Source: Camelus dromedarius (taxonomy: Eukaryota). Taken from it: a stretch of DNA of 64,000 nucleotides. The notes under the pieces were generated by a model. It was not told the DNA's origin. It saw only the letters and a program-made list of their open reading frames with translations, and made no database searches. The DNA lies in NCBI RefSeq assembly GCF_036321535.1, contig NC_087472.1:91018001-91082000 (forward strand), read 5' to 3'. Every line of letters begins with the position of its first letter. Positions within the stretch are counted from its first letter, which is position 1. Positions 13,176-26,015 of the stretch are shown here, piece after piece. A program made the translations under genes and the position numbers.

Positions 13176-13929
13176 TGAAAAATTCACACTGGGATCTAGG
13201 CAAGGGTTTAGAAAAAAATGCTTTTCCCAGAGTACACAGGTGGATGGTATCTCAGCCTCTCTGTCAATTGAGAGCGGTGGGCTGGAGGAGGTAGGTTGAA
13301 TCAGTGAGTTGGCAGGTCTGTGGGTAAAAGTCCTGCTAGCTGCCCCTTTTAATTTCAGCATCAGAGAGTACTTCAACTTGCAAAATAACATGGTGGGCAT
13401 TATTGGAGATATAAAGATGAATAATTCATAATTCCCACTCTGAAGTTACTGCTAATTATTTTTGGCCTAGTAGTGATTTTAAAAAATGGCCATGCATTTA
13501 ATGAATTACTGTCAAATAAAGAATACTAAATGGGTAGCTTAAGACCATACTTAATGCATGCTTACTCAATACCCAGAAATGTCACAACAGCCTATTGGAA
13601 GTCTTGTTTATAGATGGTTCCTAAATCCTCTGGGAAGAATTTTGAGGGATACTTTGCAGCCCAAGAATGGATTAGCAAACACTGGGATTAAGACTCTTCC
13701 ACAAAGAAGTTGGGGCGGGGTTGCCTTCCTTCCCCTGGGAAGCATGGCCAGCAAATTAGAAAACAAGCCTAAAAGAGAGGATGAGTCAAAGGATGGCGCC
13801 TACTTTGAGACACAGGGGTGGGAATGATGGAAGACAATCAACAGAATTGTCAAGATCAGGGCTGCAGAGAAGAGTTTCACAGGGTCTTGGCCCAGGCCTT
13901 TATTATAGGGAGCTGTAAAATTGAAACGG

Positions 13930-14330
13930 CAAACATATTCATCAGAGTATATAATCTCACTGGCTTCACACAATAAAAATTCCTTTCTTCTTCCCTCAAA
14001 GTGCTATGCAAACGTTCTTGTTTGGGCAGTTCTCCTGAACCTTTGTCCTCCAAGTGATGACTCGGGGATCCAGGTGCTTCCATTTTGTGACTTCAGGTAG
14101 TTCTGGTGCCATCTAACTAATAGATGATGAGACAGACACATAGATGAAAATGTGGAATGCTTCATAGGTCAGGCTTGGAAGTGGCATGCACCAATTCTGC
14201 CCAAATGTCATGGATCAGAACTCAGTCACATGATCCTGCTTAGATGCAAGGATAGCTGAGAAACTTAGTTTAGCTGTGTGCCCAGATAGAAAAGAGCCAG
14301 ATTGCTGAACACCAACACTCATGACCAGAG
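13930..14330 (-). mobile_element. MLT1-type LTR remnant
   Basis: TGGCTTCACACAATAAAA...GGATCCAGGTGCTTCCATTTTGTG...AACTCAGTCACATG. Confidence 0.55.
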
Positions 14331-14814
14331 CAAGGCTATTTATTGAGCAATTCGACAACTGTAAACGCTCACTGTTCAACTGCTCAAAGGCAGCTGAAAG
14401 AGGTGACATAAAGTGGGGGTGGGGGATAGGGGAGGTAGGAAACCCTCTCCTCTTCAGAAAGTGCCGTGCTCCTCATTGGGAATAGGGGAGCAGATCATCA
14501 ACAGTGGAAACCAGAAGAGCAGTCTTATGCTGCAGATGCCAGGTGACTCAAGAGCCAGACAAGAAAAATTGCAGAGGTCTGGGGTTGCAATAACTCTGCC
14601 AGAGACATGATAAAATGGCCCCTATGCTTTGAGGATCCCCAGGCCTGGAGTTGGCGCGTGGTTCAGAGCAGCAGGAGATAGGATTGGGTTGACTGAATTG
14701 TATCGTCAGTCAATATAGTTCCAGAAGTTTAGCTGGGAACTCTAACCAGATATCTCATACATTGTTAGTTGGGCTCTTGTTTTTTACCTTTGTTTATATA
14801 GACTAAAAAATGAG

Positions 14815-15415
14815 GGATGCTTCCTCAACAAGTTAAACAAAGAAGTACCATATGATCCAGTAATTCTACTTCTGGATATACGTCCAAAAGAATTAAAAGC
14901 AGGGACTCAGATTTTTGCACACCCATGTTCATAGCAGCATTATTCACAATAACGAAAAGGTGGAAACAACCCAAATGCCCATCAACAGACAAATGGATAA
15001 ACAAAGTATAGTATGTACATACAATGGAATACTATTTAGCCTCAATAAAGGGAGGAAATTCTGACATATGCTACAACATGGATGAACCTTAAAAACATTA
15101 CGCTAAGTGAAATAAGCCAGACACAAAAGAACAAATACTGTATGATTCCACTTACATGAGGAATCTAAGCTAGGCAAATTCACAGAGATGATAAGTAGAA
15201 TAGAGGTAACTGGGGGTTATGTGTGTTGCGGGGGAGGGGAGTTATTGTTTAATGGGTACATAGTTTCTGTCTGAGATGATGAAAAAGTTCCAGAAATGGA
15301 GAGTGGTGATGGGTGGCCAATGTTGTGGATGTACTTAATGCCACTGAATTGTATACCTAAAAATGGTTAAAAGGGTAAATTTCACACTATGTATATTTCA
15401 CCATAATAAAAAAAT
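14815..15415 (+). mobile_element. L1MB-type 3' end
   Basis: CCCATGTTCATAGCAGCATTATTCACAATA...TACTTAATGCCACTGAATTGTA...AATAAA. Confidence 0.85.
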
Positions 15416-15424
15416 TATTTTAAT

Positions 15425-15680
15425 GAAGGACACAGGCTTTCTAATCGAGAAACAAAATGTGTTAAGAGCCAGGTAGAGAAAGATTCCAGTTAGTAAATGG
15501 GGAAGGGAAGAATCAAGTCAAGCTACGTGGAAGAGACAATGACATCAGCTGGGCTTTAAAGAATTTCAAGCTGGGGTTTGGGAGGAAGAGGAGAGAGGGA
15601 GGACGTATTCCAGGCTGTGAGGAAATGTGAGCAAGGGCAGAGTCAAAAAAGATTGTAACATACCTAAGAAATAGTGATTT
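15425..15680 (-). mobile_element. L2 fragment
   Basis: Purine-rich L2 antisense motifs (GACATCAGCTGGGCTTTAAAG, GTATTCCAGGC). Confidence 0.4.
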
Positions 15681-15706
15681 TTCACTCATTGTACCTCCTG
15701 CTTTCC

Positions 15707-15722
15707 CTGCTGGGGGGCGCTG
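15707..15722 (+). promoter_or_regulatory. Candidate CTCF binding site
   Basis: CTGCTGGGGGGCGCTG resembles the CTCF core CCRSYAGRKGGCRS with two mismatches; CpG retained in unique sequence. Confidence 0.35.
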
Positions 15723-16889
15723 ATGCGCTCCCCTTGGAACTGTGTTAGGCCAGAGCTGTTGCTCAACATTCCCTAGATGCCAGGCCATAGGTCCCCAAGT
15801 GGGCCACGGAAAACTCCACTTGGCTTACCATGAACAGGTATAACCCTCAGTTACATGCACATGGCTATTTCCACTCGATTCATAGGAGGGGAGCTTACAT
15901 AATTTTATAATATATACGTTGCCTTTTTTGGAGGTGGGTGGTCATTGTGTTCTGAGGGATTGTATCCATAGAATCTGTTTATATATTGCCAGACGCACGG
16001 ATTGATAATATTTCTGAAATGTTAACTAAAATTTTTTTCTCCCCTGTGCTTCCTCCCCTGTTTCTTCGTACTCAAGCAGGTAGGTGAGGGAGGTTTTGGT
16101 TTTGGTTTTTTACTGAGGTGTAATTGACATATGCCACTATGTCAGTTTCACACAGGGTGAAGTTTGAGACCCTTACAAAAGTTAGGCACGGCTCTTTTCT
16201 CTGGACAAGGCATCATTTTGATCCTCTTCAAATCAACAAGATAGAAGTTTCTATATACCAGTAGTCACGTTTGCCTATTTGTGTGGGGGGGATTTTAACT
16301 TTTTATTCCCTGTCCAAGACAATTCTCAGTGACATCAAGTCGTGTATAATCTGCACAGTTTCCAGCCTTCTGCTGAAGATGGCTTCATCTTCCCACTTCT
16401 GAACATCCCTGTATCCCAAGCTGCTTTACCTTATCTGGTCTCAGGAGTGGACTGACCCCACTCCACTGCCAAGCCCCGTAAACTTGCCTGGCCACTGTTT
16501 GAAAAAGAGATGTTCTGACCATTTTATTACTTGTCCTGGGGCAAAAATGAAGGGCTGAGGGGACAGCCAAACTGACCTCCATGCCTCATCCAAGGACAAT
16601 CTCTCTCTAGTAACTGCATTAAACAGGAAGTGAACATAATTTCTCAATACATATTTTCATAGTAGAAAAATCAGAATGTACTCTAGCCAAATGATCAAAA
16701 TTAAAAGCACCAGCAAAGGGCAAACAGACATGGTGTGCCTCTAGCTGAAATAGCCTAGGTAGATACCTTAGCTTCCTTGAAAAATGTCCCCTGGTTGCCT
16801 TCAGGAAATTTGAAAGTCTCCTTGTAATTAGTTCCCTTGGTAGAAAGATGTAACCTCCCTTTATCTCCCAAAGCAAGTGCGTCTCAAAC

Positions 16890-17034
16890 TTTACCGGCTT
16901 ACTAATCACCCGAGAATCTTGCTCAAACGCAGATTCTGTTTGGTAGATCTGGATGGGGCTCAACACTCTGTGCCTCTAACAAGCTCCAGGTGGCTTGAGT
17001 GTTGCTGGTCTTCGAGCCAAACTTTGAGTAGCAA
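16890..17034. mobile_element. MER5B-like hAT element, terminus interrupted by an LTR
   Basis: AATCACCCGAGAATCTTG...CTAACAAGCTCCAGGTG...ACTTTGAGTAGCAA. Confidence 0.65.
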
Positions 17035-17566
17035 TGTTGCAGGAGAGGGAAATATCACATCCTGGGACCCACAGGAGTCCTTACTACCGACTGACTGCCA
17101 AGTGAGGGTCCTTGGCTTTGCGGCAAAGAATAGCCAGCCAAAGAAATGTGAAAGCGAGTTTAATTAAAGAGATACACACTCCAGAGGCAGAATGCTGACC
17201 GTCTCAGAAAGTAAGAGCCCCGCCAGGGCATGCGGTCATTGGTTTTTATGGGTTAAGTAATTTCATAGGCTAACGAGTAGGAGGAATATTCTTGTTATTT
17301 TGGGGAAGGGTGGGGATTTCCCAGGCATTAGGCCACTGCCCACTTTTTGGCCTTTTATGGTCCTTCTCAGACCTGTCGTGGTGTAAGGGGGAGTGACTTT
17401 TAGTATTATAATGAAGGTAAAATGATCTAAAGATCAGTGGCTGGACTATTCTCAAAGCCACCTTGATTTCTGCTGGTTCCAGCCAGTCTTCAGCGCATCC
17501 CAACAGCTGTGCCCCCTCTTCATTTATCTAACCTTGTTTGTGTCCTATCCCTTCCCTCTTGTCTCA
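17035..17566 (-). mobile_element. ERV1-class solo LTR
   Basis: TG...CA termini with a perfect 4-bp TSD GCAA (17031-17034 / 17567-17570). Confidence 0.85.
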
Positions 17567-17580
17567 GCAAGGTCCCAATG

Positions 17581-17890
17581 CAATGGGTCTCAAAGTGTGG
17601 TCCTTGGACCAGCAGCAGCAGTATCACTTGGGAACTTGTTAGAAATGCAAAGTCTTAGGTCCCACCCTCCACCTCTACCACCCCCTAGACCTAATTACTT
17701 ACTGAATCAGAAACCCTAGGTGTGGGGTCCAGTCCAGCCAGGGCCAGAACTAGCATGAGGCAAAACTGAAAAAGGTACCTACTTCCTGGTGGGGGTGGGA
17801 TTGTGCAAGTGTAAGGTCAGCACCTGAGTCCAGGCAGTATCTTCCAAGCCCTCCAGAAGACTGATGAACGCCAGAGTTAGAGAACCATTG
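17581..17890. mobile_element. MER5A hAT element with an internal insert
   Basis: CTCAAAGTGTGGTCC...GGAACTTGTTAGAAATGCA...GAGAACCATTG. Confidence 0.75.
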
Positions 17891-18039
17891 TCTCCTTCTC
17901 AGTAAATCACCTCTGTGTGACAGCAGCCGCCAAACTGTGTTTAAATTAGCTGGACCTCAACTCAGATGCATTGAATCAGAACCACTGGGGGTACAAAAAT
18001 GTTCATGTGGCCTGTAAAGGGATGAGGATAAGAACGCTC

Positions 18040-18480
18040 ATCAAAGAGCTATTTGCCCTGGGAAGGATTTGGAAGACAAAAACAATGTATCAACTGGGCA
18101 CACTGGATAAGCAAAATGTGGGGAGGCATACTGCAGTTAGAGGCAACAAGCCAGATGTACCATGGAGCAATGTGACAAGGGCAAAAAAAACAAAATGTTG
18201 GATGAAAATTGCAAGAAATATGATTTAGAGCACAACACCGTTTATATAAATTGAAAATGCATGTCTTTTTTTTTAATACACTATTTCTTTTTAAATAAAG
18301 ATCCATGAACAGAGGAGGGTACTAGAAGAGAAGTGGAATGATAGTGAGGACCAAGCATAAGGGGGAAAAATTGGTAATTAATAAGGAAACAAGTAAGCAT
18401 GAAAGAGGAGAGCTTTGCCCAGACAGAGAGGACAATGTGCTCTGAACTGGGGACTATGATTAACTCAACTTCAGCATGTT
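18040..18480 (+). mobile_element. Diverged L1ME 3' fragment
   Basis: Degenerate L1 3' motifs (CACTGGATAAGCAAAATGTG, ACACCGTTTATATAAATT). Confidence 0.45.
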
Positions 18481-18919
18481 GGCAGCGTGTAGAGAAATCT
18501 CTGCAGATGTAGTCAGGAAATCCATTGAAAACAAGAACCCCAGATCAGTCTTCTGCACACCTCAAACAGCTTTAATTGCAGAGCATTTTATTTTCTAGCA
18601 CTTCTGTGATTTGGCCACCACATAACTTTCCCGTCACCCTGTCTTAAACTTTACAGTCCAATAATACAGTAAATATCTTAATGTTTCCCACCCCTAGATA
18701 TTTATTCACACTGTCTCCTGCTTTTTTTCTCTTTCCCCGCCTGGCTAACTCTTATTTATTCTTTTCGACTCAGCTCAGGTGCCATCTCATTGGAAAAGTA
18801 TTTCTGACCCCTCTCGCTGGATTAAGTTGATCCGTTGACTTTTACAGCATTGGAGTATTTGGTCGTGGAGTATTATACTGAAATCATTGGCTTGTGTGCT
18901 TTCGAGCCCCCAGCCTTGC

Positions 18920-19052
18920 TTTTTTTTTGTTGTTGTTGTTGGAGGGGGGAGATAATTAGGTTTATGTATTTATTTTAATGGAGGTGCTGGGGATTGAACC
19001 CAGGACCTTGTGCATGCTAGGCACTCACCCATCACCGAACTATACCCTACCC
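18920..19052 (-). mobile_element. Vic-1-type SINE inside an L2 remnant
   Basis: Antisense GGGGATTGAACCCAGG...CTATACCC with T-rich tail and TAATTAGGTTTA motif. Confidence 0.88.
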
Positions 19053-19853
19053 ACCCTCCTCAATTAGCTCTTCTCACCTTTTGCTCCCCAGTGCCTGTCA
19101 GCAATGTACCTGCAATTCAGTAGGTTTTCAAATGTGGTAGGGCTTACCCACAAAACAAGTGTGCTGGGGCTTAACCAGAACTAGGAATATTACTTATGTA
19201 TGCATTCACTTACACAGGACCTTATTCAGAAAGCACTTAAGGCAGCACTTGAGAACTAAACTTCAGTGCAGAAGGTGGAATTTCACTGTAACAAACAGCA
19301 GCAAAATCAGCCCTCTGTAGTCATAAGGCTCCGTCATGGCTGCCTGTCTGAACAGACCAAGATCCGGAGCAGGAGCCTGCAGTTTCTGCTGTGGCTGCTT
19401 GGCAAGAGCTCCATCCCTGCCTGCTACTGCCATCTGCAGGGGACTGGGTGATTTTCACCCAGCTGCGGGCTTCCAGCTGCCAGGAGAAAGTCACAACTCT
19501 GAATGAAAACCGCTTTCATCATTGGACCAAAAGATCGCTCTTTCTTCCCTTTTCTCTATCAGGTCTCTGAGGAAGGTGCTGCGTACCCTGTCCCCCAGTC
19601 AGGAAGAGACCAGAAGACCGTTTTACACTGTTTCCTCACCTACATCAAATAAGTTCTGAATTTATAGCCTTACATGATGGATTAGAAAGTTCATGTTTTA
19701 AAAGATTCACAAACCCTCCATTGAGAAAATATTTGCACTTATAGCCATGCTCCCCTCCCACAGACAGGAAAATAGAAGTTTTCTTTAAATCAATGTGATG
19801 TGAGAGTAAAAAAAAAAAAAGCTGAAACACTGAGTCTAAAATGAATTTGCCTC

Positions 19854-20242
19854 CAAAATCACTAATCATCAGGGAAATGCAAATCAAAACCACGATGAGA
19901 TACCACCTCACACCTGTCAGAATGGCTATCATCAAAAGACCACAAATCACAAGTGCTGGTGGGGATGTGGAAAAAAGGGGACCCTTGTACGCTGTTGGTG
20001 GAAATGTAAATTGGTGCAGCTACTGTGGAAAACAGTATGGAGTTTTCTGCAAAAACTAAAAATAGAACTGCTACATGACCCAGTGATTCCACTCCTGGGC
20101 ATATACCCGAAAAAAAGCAAAAACACTAATTTGAAAAGATGTACGCACCCCAATGTTCACAGCAGCATTATTTACAATTGCCAAGATCTGAAAGCAACCT
20201 AAGTGTCCATCAACAGATGAATGGGTACAGAAGATGTTTTAT

Positions 20243-20273
<31 letters not shown>

Positions 20274-20274
20274 T

Positions 20275-20305
<31 letters not shown>

Positions 20306-20764
20306 CACACACAATGGAACACTGCTCAGCCATAAAAAAGAATGAAATTTACCATTTGCAACAACATGGATGGACCTGGAGGGTATTATGCTAAGTGAAA
20401 CAAGTTAGACAGAGAAAGACAAATACTCTGTATTATCACTTATATGTGAAATTTTAAAAATACAATAAACTAGTGAATATAACAAAAAAGAAAGACTCTC
20501 AGATGTAAAGAACATATTAGTGGTTACCAGTGGAGAGAGAGAAGGGGGGAGGCGCAATATAGGGTTAGGGGTGTAAGAGGTACAAAGAATTATGTATAAA
20601 ATAAGCTACAAGGATATATTGTACAACATGGGGAGTATAGTCAATACTTTATAATAATTATAAATGGAGTATAACCTCTAAAATTGTGAATCACTATACT
20701 CTACACCTGTAATTTATGTAATATTGTACATCAACTGTACTTCAATGTAAAATTTTTTAAAAAA
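19854..20764 (+). mobile_element. 5'-truncated L1 (ORF2 C-terminus and 3'UTR)
   Basis: Peptide [44 protein letters not shown] (19837-19853) / TAAAATAAATTTGCCTC (20765-20781). Confidence 0.92.
20243..20312 (+). repeat. Interrupted (CA)n microsatellite
   Basis: Directly visible, inside the L1. Confidence 0.95.
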
Positions 20765-21005
20765 TAAAATAAATTTGCCTCTTTTCCAAGAATTTTCTTC
20801 AGTATATCATTATTTTTCTAAAAGACCATAAAGTTTTTGCTTTTTTCTTTTAACAGACGAAATTATACTTGCTTAATGATAGGAAAACATGATTTGGTAA
20901 AATGTAAATTCAATTGGCTAGAAAAACCTTTCCTATAATCTGTAAGGTACTGTCTCAGAAGGAGCCAAATAATCAAGTGAAAAAAATTGGGATTACTCAC
21001 TAGAG

Positions 21006-21219
21006 TAGGATTTCTCAGCCTCAACACAACTGACGTTTTGGGTAGGATTATTCCTTCTTTCAGGGCTAGGAACTACTCCGTGCATTATAGGATGTGTAGC
21101 AGCATCCCTGGCCTCTACCCACCGGCTGTCAGTAGCACTCATCCACCCCAGACACAGACAACCAAAATATCCCCTGGGAGGAGGGGGGGGCACAAGCCCC
21201 TCCCCGTGGAGAACCACTG
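21006..21219. mobile_element. MER20 hAT-Charlie element
   Basis: GCATTATAGGATGTGTAGCAGCATCCCTGGCCTCTACCC...GAGAACCACTG; 8-bp TSD CACTAGAG / CTCTAGAG. Confidence 0.85.
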
Positions 21220-21574
21220 CTCTAGAGGGAGGCACAGAGCCACTCACAGATAAGATGGAGTCTGTACGTTAGAACCTGAGACAGAATACTCAGACCTTTC
21301 CTCTAATCCAAACCCCAAGGACTGAATTTTCAAAGGTGTCAAACTTGCCAATACTATATTTGGGAGCAAATCCTTTTCTTAATAGCATTTCAAAATTTAA
21401 CCAAGAGACCTGACAGAAGAAGTTTTTATCTTTCAACATTTAATATTCTTTCACTCAAAAACTGACACTTTAGTTTTGGCTTCTGACAAAATATTACCTA
21501 AGAACAGCACAGAGGCTATGTTGACCTCAGTGAGCAAGCTTAACCATTCTTGATAAGAAATAATTAGGCATTCT

Positions 21575-22258
21575 TGCAGTTTGGTGCAGCCACTGTGGAA
21601 AATGGAGATTCCTCAAAAAACCAGGTATAGACTTACCATATGACCCAGGAATCCCACTCTGGGGCATATATCCAGAAGGAACCCTACTTCAGGATGACAC
21701 CTGCACCCCATTGTTCATAGCAGCACTATTTACAATAGCCAAGACATGGAGACAGCCTAAATGTCCATCGACAGATGACTGGATAAAGAAGAGGTGGTAT
21801 ATTTATACAATGGAATACTACTCAGCCATAAAAACCAACAACATAACACCATTTGCAGCAACATGGATGTCCCTGGAGAATGTCATTCTAAGTGAAATAA
21901 GCCAGAAAGAGAAAGAAAAATACCATATGAGATCGCTTATATGTGGAATCTAAAAAACAAACAAACAAACAAACAAAGCATAAATACAAAACAGAAACAG
22001 ACTCATAGACATAGAATACAAACTTGTGGTTGCCAAGGGGGTGGAGGGTGGGAAGGGATAGATGGAATTTCAAAATTTTAGAATAGAGAAGCAAGATTAT
22101 ACTGTATAGCACAGGGAAATATACACAAGATCTTGTGGTAGCTCACAGTGAAAAAGAATGCAACAATGAATATATGTACGTTCATGTATAACTGAAAAAT
22201 TGTGCTCTACACTGGAATTTGACACAACATTGTAAAATGACTATAACTCAATGAAAGA
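21575..22258 (+). mobile_element. Young 5'-truncated lineage-specific L1
   Basis: Open ORF2 C-terminus (FIAALFTIAKTWRQPKCPSTDDWIKK...); perfect 20-bp TSD AAGAAATAATTAGGCATTCT (21555-21574 / 22259-22278). Confidence 0.95.
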
Positions 22259-22309
22259 AAGAAATAATTAGGCATTCTCAATATAGCAGCTAATTATTAA
22301 GTGGCTACA

Positions 22310-22755
22310 ACAGGCAGCATTAACGCCTTCCTCCAAAGATGTCCATGTCCTAATCTCCAGAAGCTGTAAAGCAAAAGGAACTTTGCCCATATGGTTAAAT
22401 GAAGGATCTTGAAAGAGAGATTACCCTGGATTATCCACGCAGGCCTGTTGTAACGTGTCCTTATAAGGGAAAGGGGGAGGCAGAGAAGGAGACGTGATGA
22501 CAGAAGTCAGAGGGATGTGATTGCTGGCTTTGAAGATGGAACAAGGGTCCATGAGCCAACGAATGCAGGTAGCTTCTAGAAACTGAATGGGCAAGGAACA
22601 TTCTCTCACAGGGTCTCCAGAAGAAACGCAGCCTTGCCCACACCTAATTTTAGCCCAGTAAGATTCTGACCTCCAGAACCGTGAGATAGTACATTTGTAT
22701 AATTAAGCCACTAAACTTGTGGTAATTTGTCACAGCAGCGAATAAAACAAATACA
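22310..22755 (+). mobile_element. MLT1C/D-type MaLR LTR
   Basis: CCAAAGATGTCCATGTCCTAATC...GCTGGCTTTGAAGATGGA...TAAGCCACTAAACTTGTGGTAATTTGT. Confidence 0.85.
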
Positions 22756-22884
22756 AATAAACAGGAACACTGTGGCCTGTGAAGCCTGGAAAGGGAGATC
22801 ATTTCTTCATTTTAATAAGCACAATTAGTATTTTAAACCATAGTTCACTATCTCAGACAATACAGCAATGCACTGTTTTTCCCT

Positions 22885-23115
22885 AATAATAGTAAGAAGT
22901 ATATAGCTCTTAGGTGTCAGACACTATTCTAACAGTTTTTAATGTATTAATTCATTTGATTCATTGTAAGAACACTATGATGAAAATACTTTTATTATCT
23001 CCATTTTTCTGATGAGAAAACCAAAATCCAGAGAGGATAAGTAACAATTCTAAGCACATACAGCTAGGAAATGACAGCACTGGACTTCAAATCCAGGCAG
23101 TCTGGCTCCAGAATC
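22885..23115 (-). mobile_element. MIR SINE
   Basis: ATTATCTCCATTTTTCTGATGAGAAAAC core and CCAGGCAGTCTGGCTCCAGA. Confidence 0.75.
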
Positions 23116-24909
23116 CAAATAAGTGCCACCCAGGGCAGTTCTACGAAGTTCAGAGATGGAATGCTTAAAAACCAAAACCGTGGACATCTATACCCAAAGA
23201 GGGTACTTGGCCATAAACACTGTAGTAGCTATGTTTCCAAATGCAGGGGCTGCTGTTTTTGTTCCCCCAGCCCTCCTGCCACGTCACTTGGTTTGTAGTA
23301 TGTCACATTTCCTTGGCCAATGACCCCCACACACACTGCAGTCACCGTGGACTATCAATCAAGATGCCCCGCTCTCCCCTTGGCCAGTGCGATACAAGCC
23401 AGACCAATACAATCCCTCTTTCTCCCACCTCTGGAATTTGAATCTCAGATTCTCCTTAATTCTTGCTCTTGGTTCCTATCTTTTCTAAAGCCTGCATGTT
23501 CTGCTTTTTCTCTTATTTTGTAGGCAACCCTGTATGCTTCCAATGAAGTGTACAATAGACAGGTTTTCTTTCCATATAAGTGTACGAGTCAGTTACTTTA
23601 CTTCCCCCCAAAAACCAAAAAAACCTTAACTGAAAATGAGCATTCAAGACTTCATATTTGTTAAGAACCCAAGCTGTAAATTGCCTTTCCCATTAACTGA
23701 AAGAGGTTGGAACACTCCTCTCAGCCCTAGAACAGGCAGAACATAGAAGGCTGATGAGAGAATAGGCAGAGCTGGTAGTGAAGGAGGCTGAAGACCGCAG
23801 AGCCAAGCAAATAAATTGAAGCTGCAGCCCGATAATCAATCAGAGGCAGTTTGGAAGCAGAGGATTTTCCTTCGCAATTACTGCTGCAAAGACTATGTAT
23901 CCAGAGTGAACTGTGAGCAATGATTCAACCATCCCAGCATCCAGTGGCGTGAACACAAACAGTAAGGGAAGCACTGAACCCAGATGACACAGGAGATGAA
24001 GTGAGGACTCTGCTGGTATAGTTAATCCTCGTATTGTCTTCATGTACGACTTTCGATAGCTATCTTGATCAAGTGAACACTGTGACAACGGCAGTCAACA
24101 TATTGTTGACAGAGTTGACAAATCAAATAAGTATTACTTCCAACAGCGCCCTACTTTAATAGGGCTCATTTCTTTTGTAGTTCCCATATAAAAATAGAAC
24201 ATGAATAAAACTTATTTTGGATTCCCTAGGCTTCTGCAAGCCTCTGCATCAGTTCAATCCAAAAGTGTTTCATCGGATGCATTTTCCCTCCGCAGTACCT
24301 ATTTATTACATGCACAGCTGAAAATCCACAGCCTCCAATCTCTCAATGTTAAGATAAAAACTTTGAGATCAGCAGCAGCTTCACTGACCTGATTTTAACA
24401 GGTCTTAAAGTCACTTTCAGTCGTCAAAACTTTTTTAATTACAAAAGGCTACGTTTTTCCAATAAATGAAATGTCAAACATTTTGAGGTTGCCTGAGGCA
24501 GAGTTTTTTAAGTGTTGTGGGTTTTATTTTTTTTAACTCCCCATTCGTGACTGATTCAGGGACATTAAAGTCCTTATGTATACTGTCATCACCCCCTCAT
24601 CTTTTTCAACAATTGTGTCCCAGATTCAGCCTAGAGAAGACAAGTTTTGCTGTCACTCTTTAAGAATGTCACTAAGAAGTCATTCTACTTTTCTGAGATA
24701 GCTAACTCCATGATTAGGAGATCTTATGAAAAAAAAAATCTCCAGTTTAGCCTTTTGACTCACTGTCATGCATTTCTAAGGACATTAAGAGAACAAGAGC
24801 AAATCAAGAATGCATTTGAATTTCAGTATTTTTTAATTACAAAAATATATTGCAGTGGGTCTGGACTTAGCAGTCATCAGGGTTTTGTTTTTGTTTCTAT
24901 GTGTTTGTT

Positions 24910-25385
24910 TACATCCCCAGCACTTATCTTACAACTGGAAGTTTGTACCTTTTGACCACCTGTCACCCAATTCCTCCACCCTTCATCCTCTGCCTCTCAT
25001 AACCACAAATCTGATCTCTTTTTCTATGAGTTTGGTTTTTTGTTTTTTGATATGTGTGTGTGTTTAGATTCCACATGTAAGTGAGACCATAGGTTTATCT
25101 TTCTCTGTCTGAGTTATCTGAGTTATTTAATTTAGTATATTTCCCCCAAGATCCATCCATGTCGCTGCAAAGGGCAGATTTTTTATGGCTGAATAATATT
25201 CCAGTTCCATTAAGTGTGTGTGTGTGTGACATTTTCTTTATCCATTTACCTGTTGATGGACACTTGGTTGTTTTCATGTTTTGGATCTTGTAAATAATGC
25301 TATTATGAACATGGGGTACTGGTATCTCTCCAACATAATATTTTTGTTTCCTTTGAATACATGCTCACAAGTGGAATTGCTGCAT
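24910..25385 (-). mobile_element. L1MA-type 3' fragment
   Basis: Antisense L1 3' motifs (GAAGTTTGTACCTTTTGACC, TTATGGCTGAATAATATTCC). Confidence 0.8.
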
Positions 25386-25439
25386 CAGCAGTCATCAGAT
25401 TTGACTTCTCATCAAAGCTTACCCACTAATTAGCTATGT

Positions 25440-26015
25440 ATCAGCGATAGATTGCAAAAAATCTCCCTCCTTTCCCTGTCACAGCTTCTACCATCAAAAA
25501 GGGGAGTCTAGTGGGGCAAAGGTATAGCACAAGTGACAGAGTGCATGCCTAGCATCAGGAGGTCCTGGGTTCTATCCCCAGTACCTCCACCTAAAAAAAA
25601 TACAATAAATAGACCTAATTACCTCCCCCCAGCAAAAGTGGAGTCTACTTCCCTGCCCTTGGAATTGTAGCTGTGTTGTTTTGGCTACAAGAATGCAACT
25701 AAAGTGATGTCGTGTGAGCTGTAGGTCTAGGTTACAAGGAGCCTTGCAGCTTCACTCTTCTGCTCTTGGAACCTGACACCACTGTGTGAATAGACCTGGG
25801 CTAGTCTGCTGGAGGTTAAGCGGCCATTTGGAGAGATGCTGTAGCTACTTCAGCCATCCCAGCCGAGGTCTCAGACAGAGACATGAGCCCAGTCAGGAAA
25901 AGATGAGCCTAGCTCAGACCATAAAGACTGCCATATAATAAGCCAAATAAGTGATTGTAATTTTTTAAGCCACTAAGTTTGAGGGTATTTGTTAAGTAGC
26001 AAAAGCTGACTGATA
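25440..26015 (+). mobile_element. MLT1 LTR interrupted by a Vic-1 SINE
   Basis: GTGGAGTCTACTTCCCTGCCCTTG...TTAAGCCACTAAGTTT...AGCAAAAGCTGACTGATA. Confidence 0.75.
25511..25633 (+). mobile_element. Vic-1-type SINE
   Basis: A and B boxes; TSD AAAAGGGGAGTCTA (25497-25510) / AAAAGTGGAGTCTA (25634-25647). Confidence 0.88.

Noticed and set aside
24093..24109. Short inverted repeat GTCAACA-TAT-TGTTGAC
   Set aside because: 7-bp arms are expected by chance in 64 kb.
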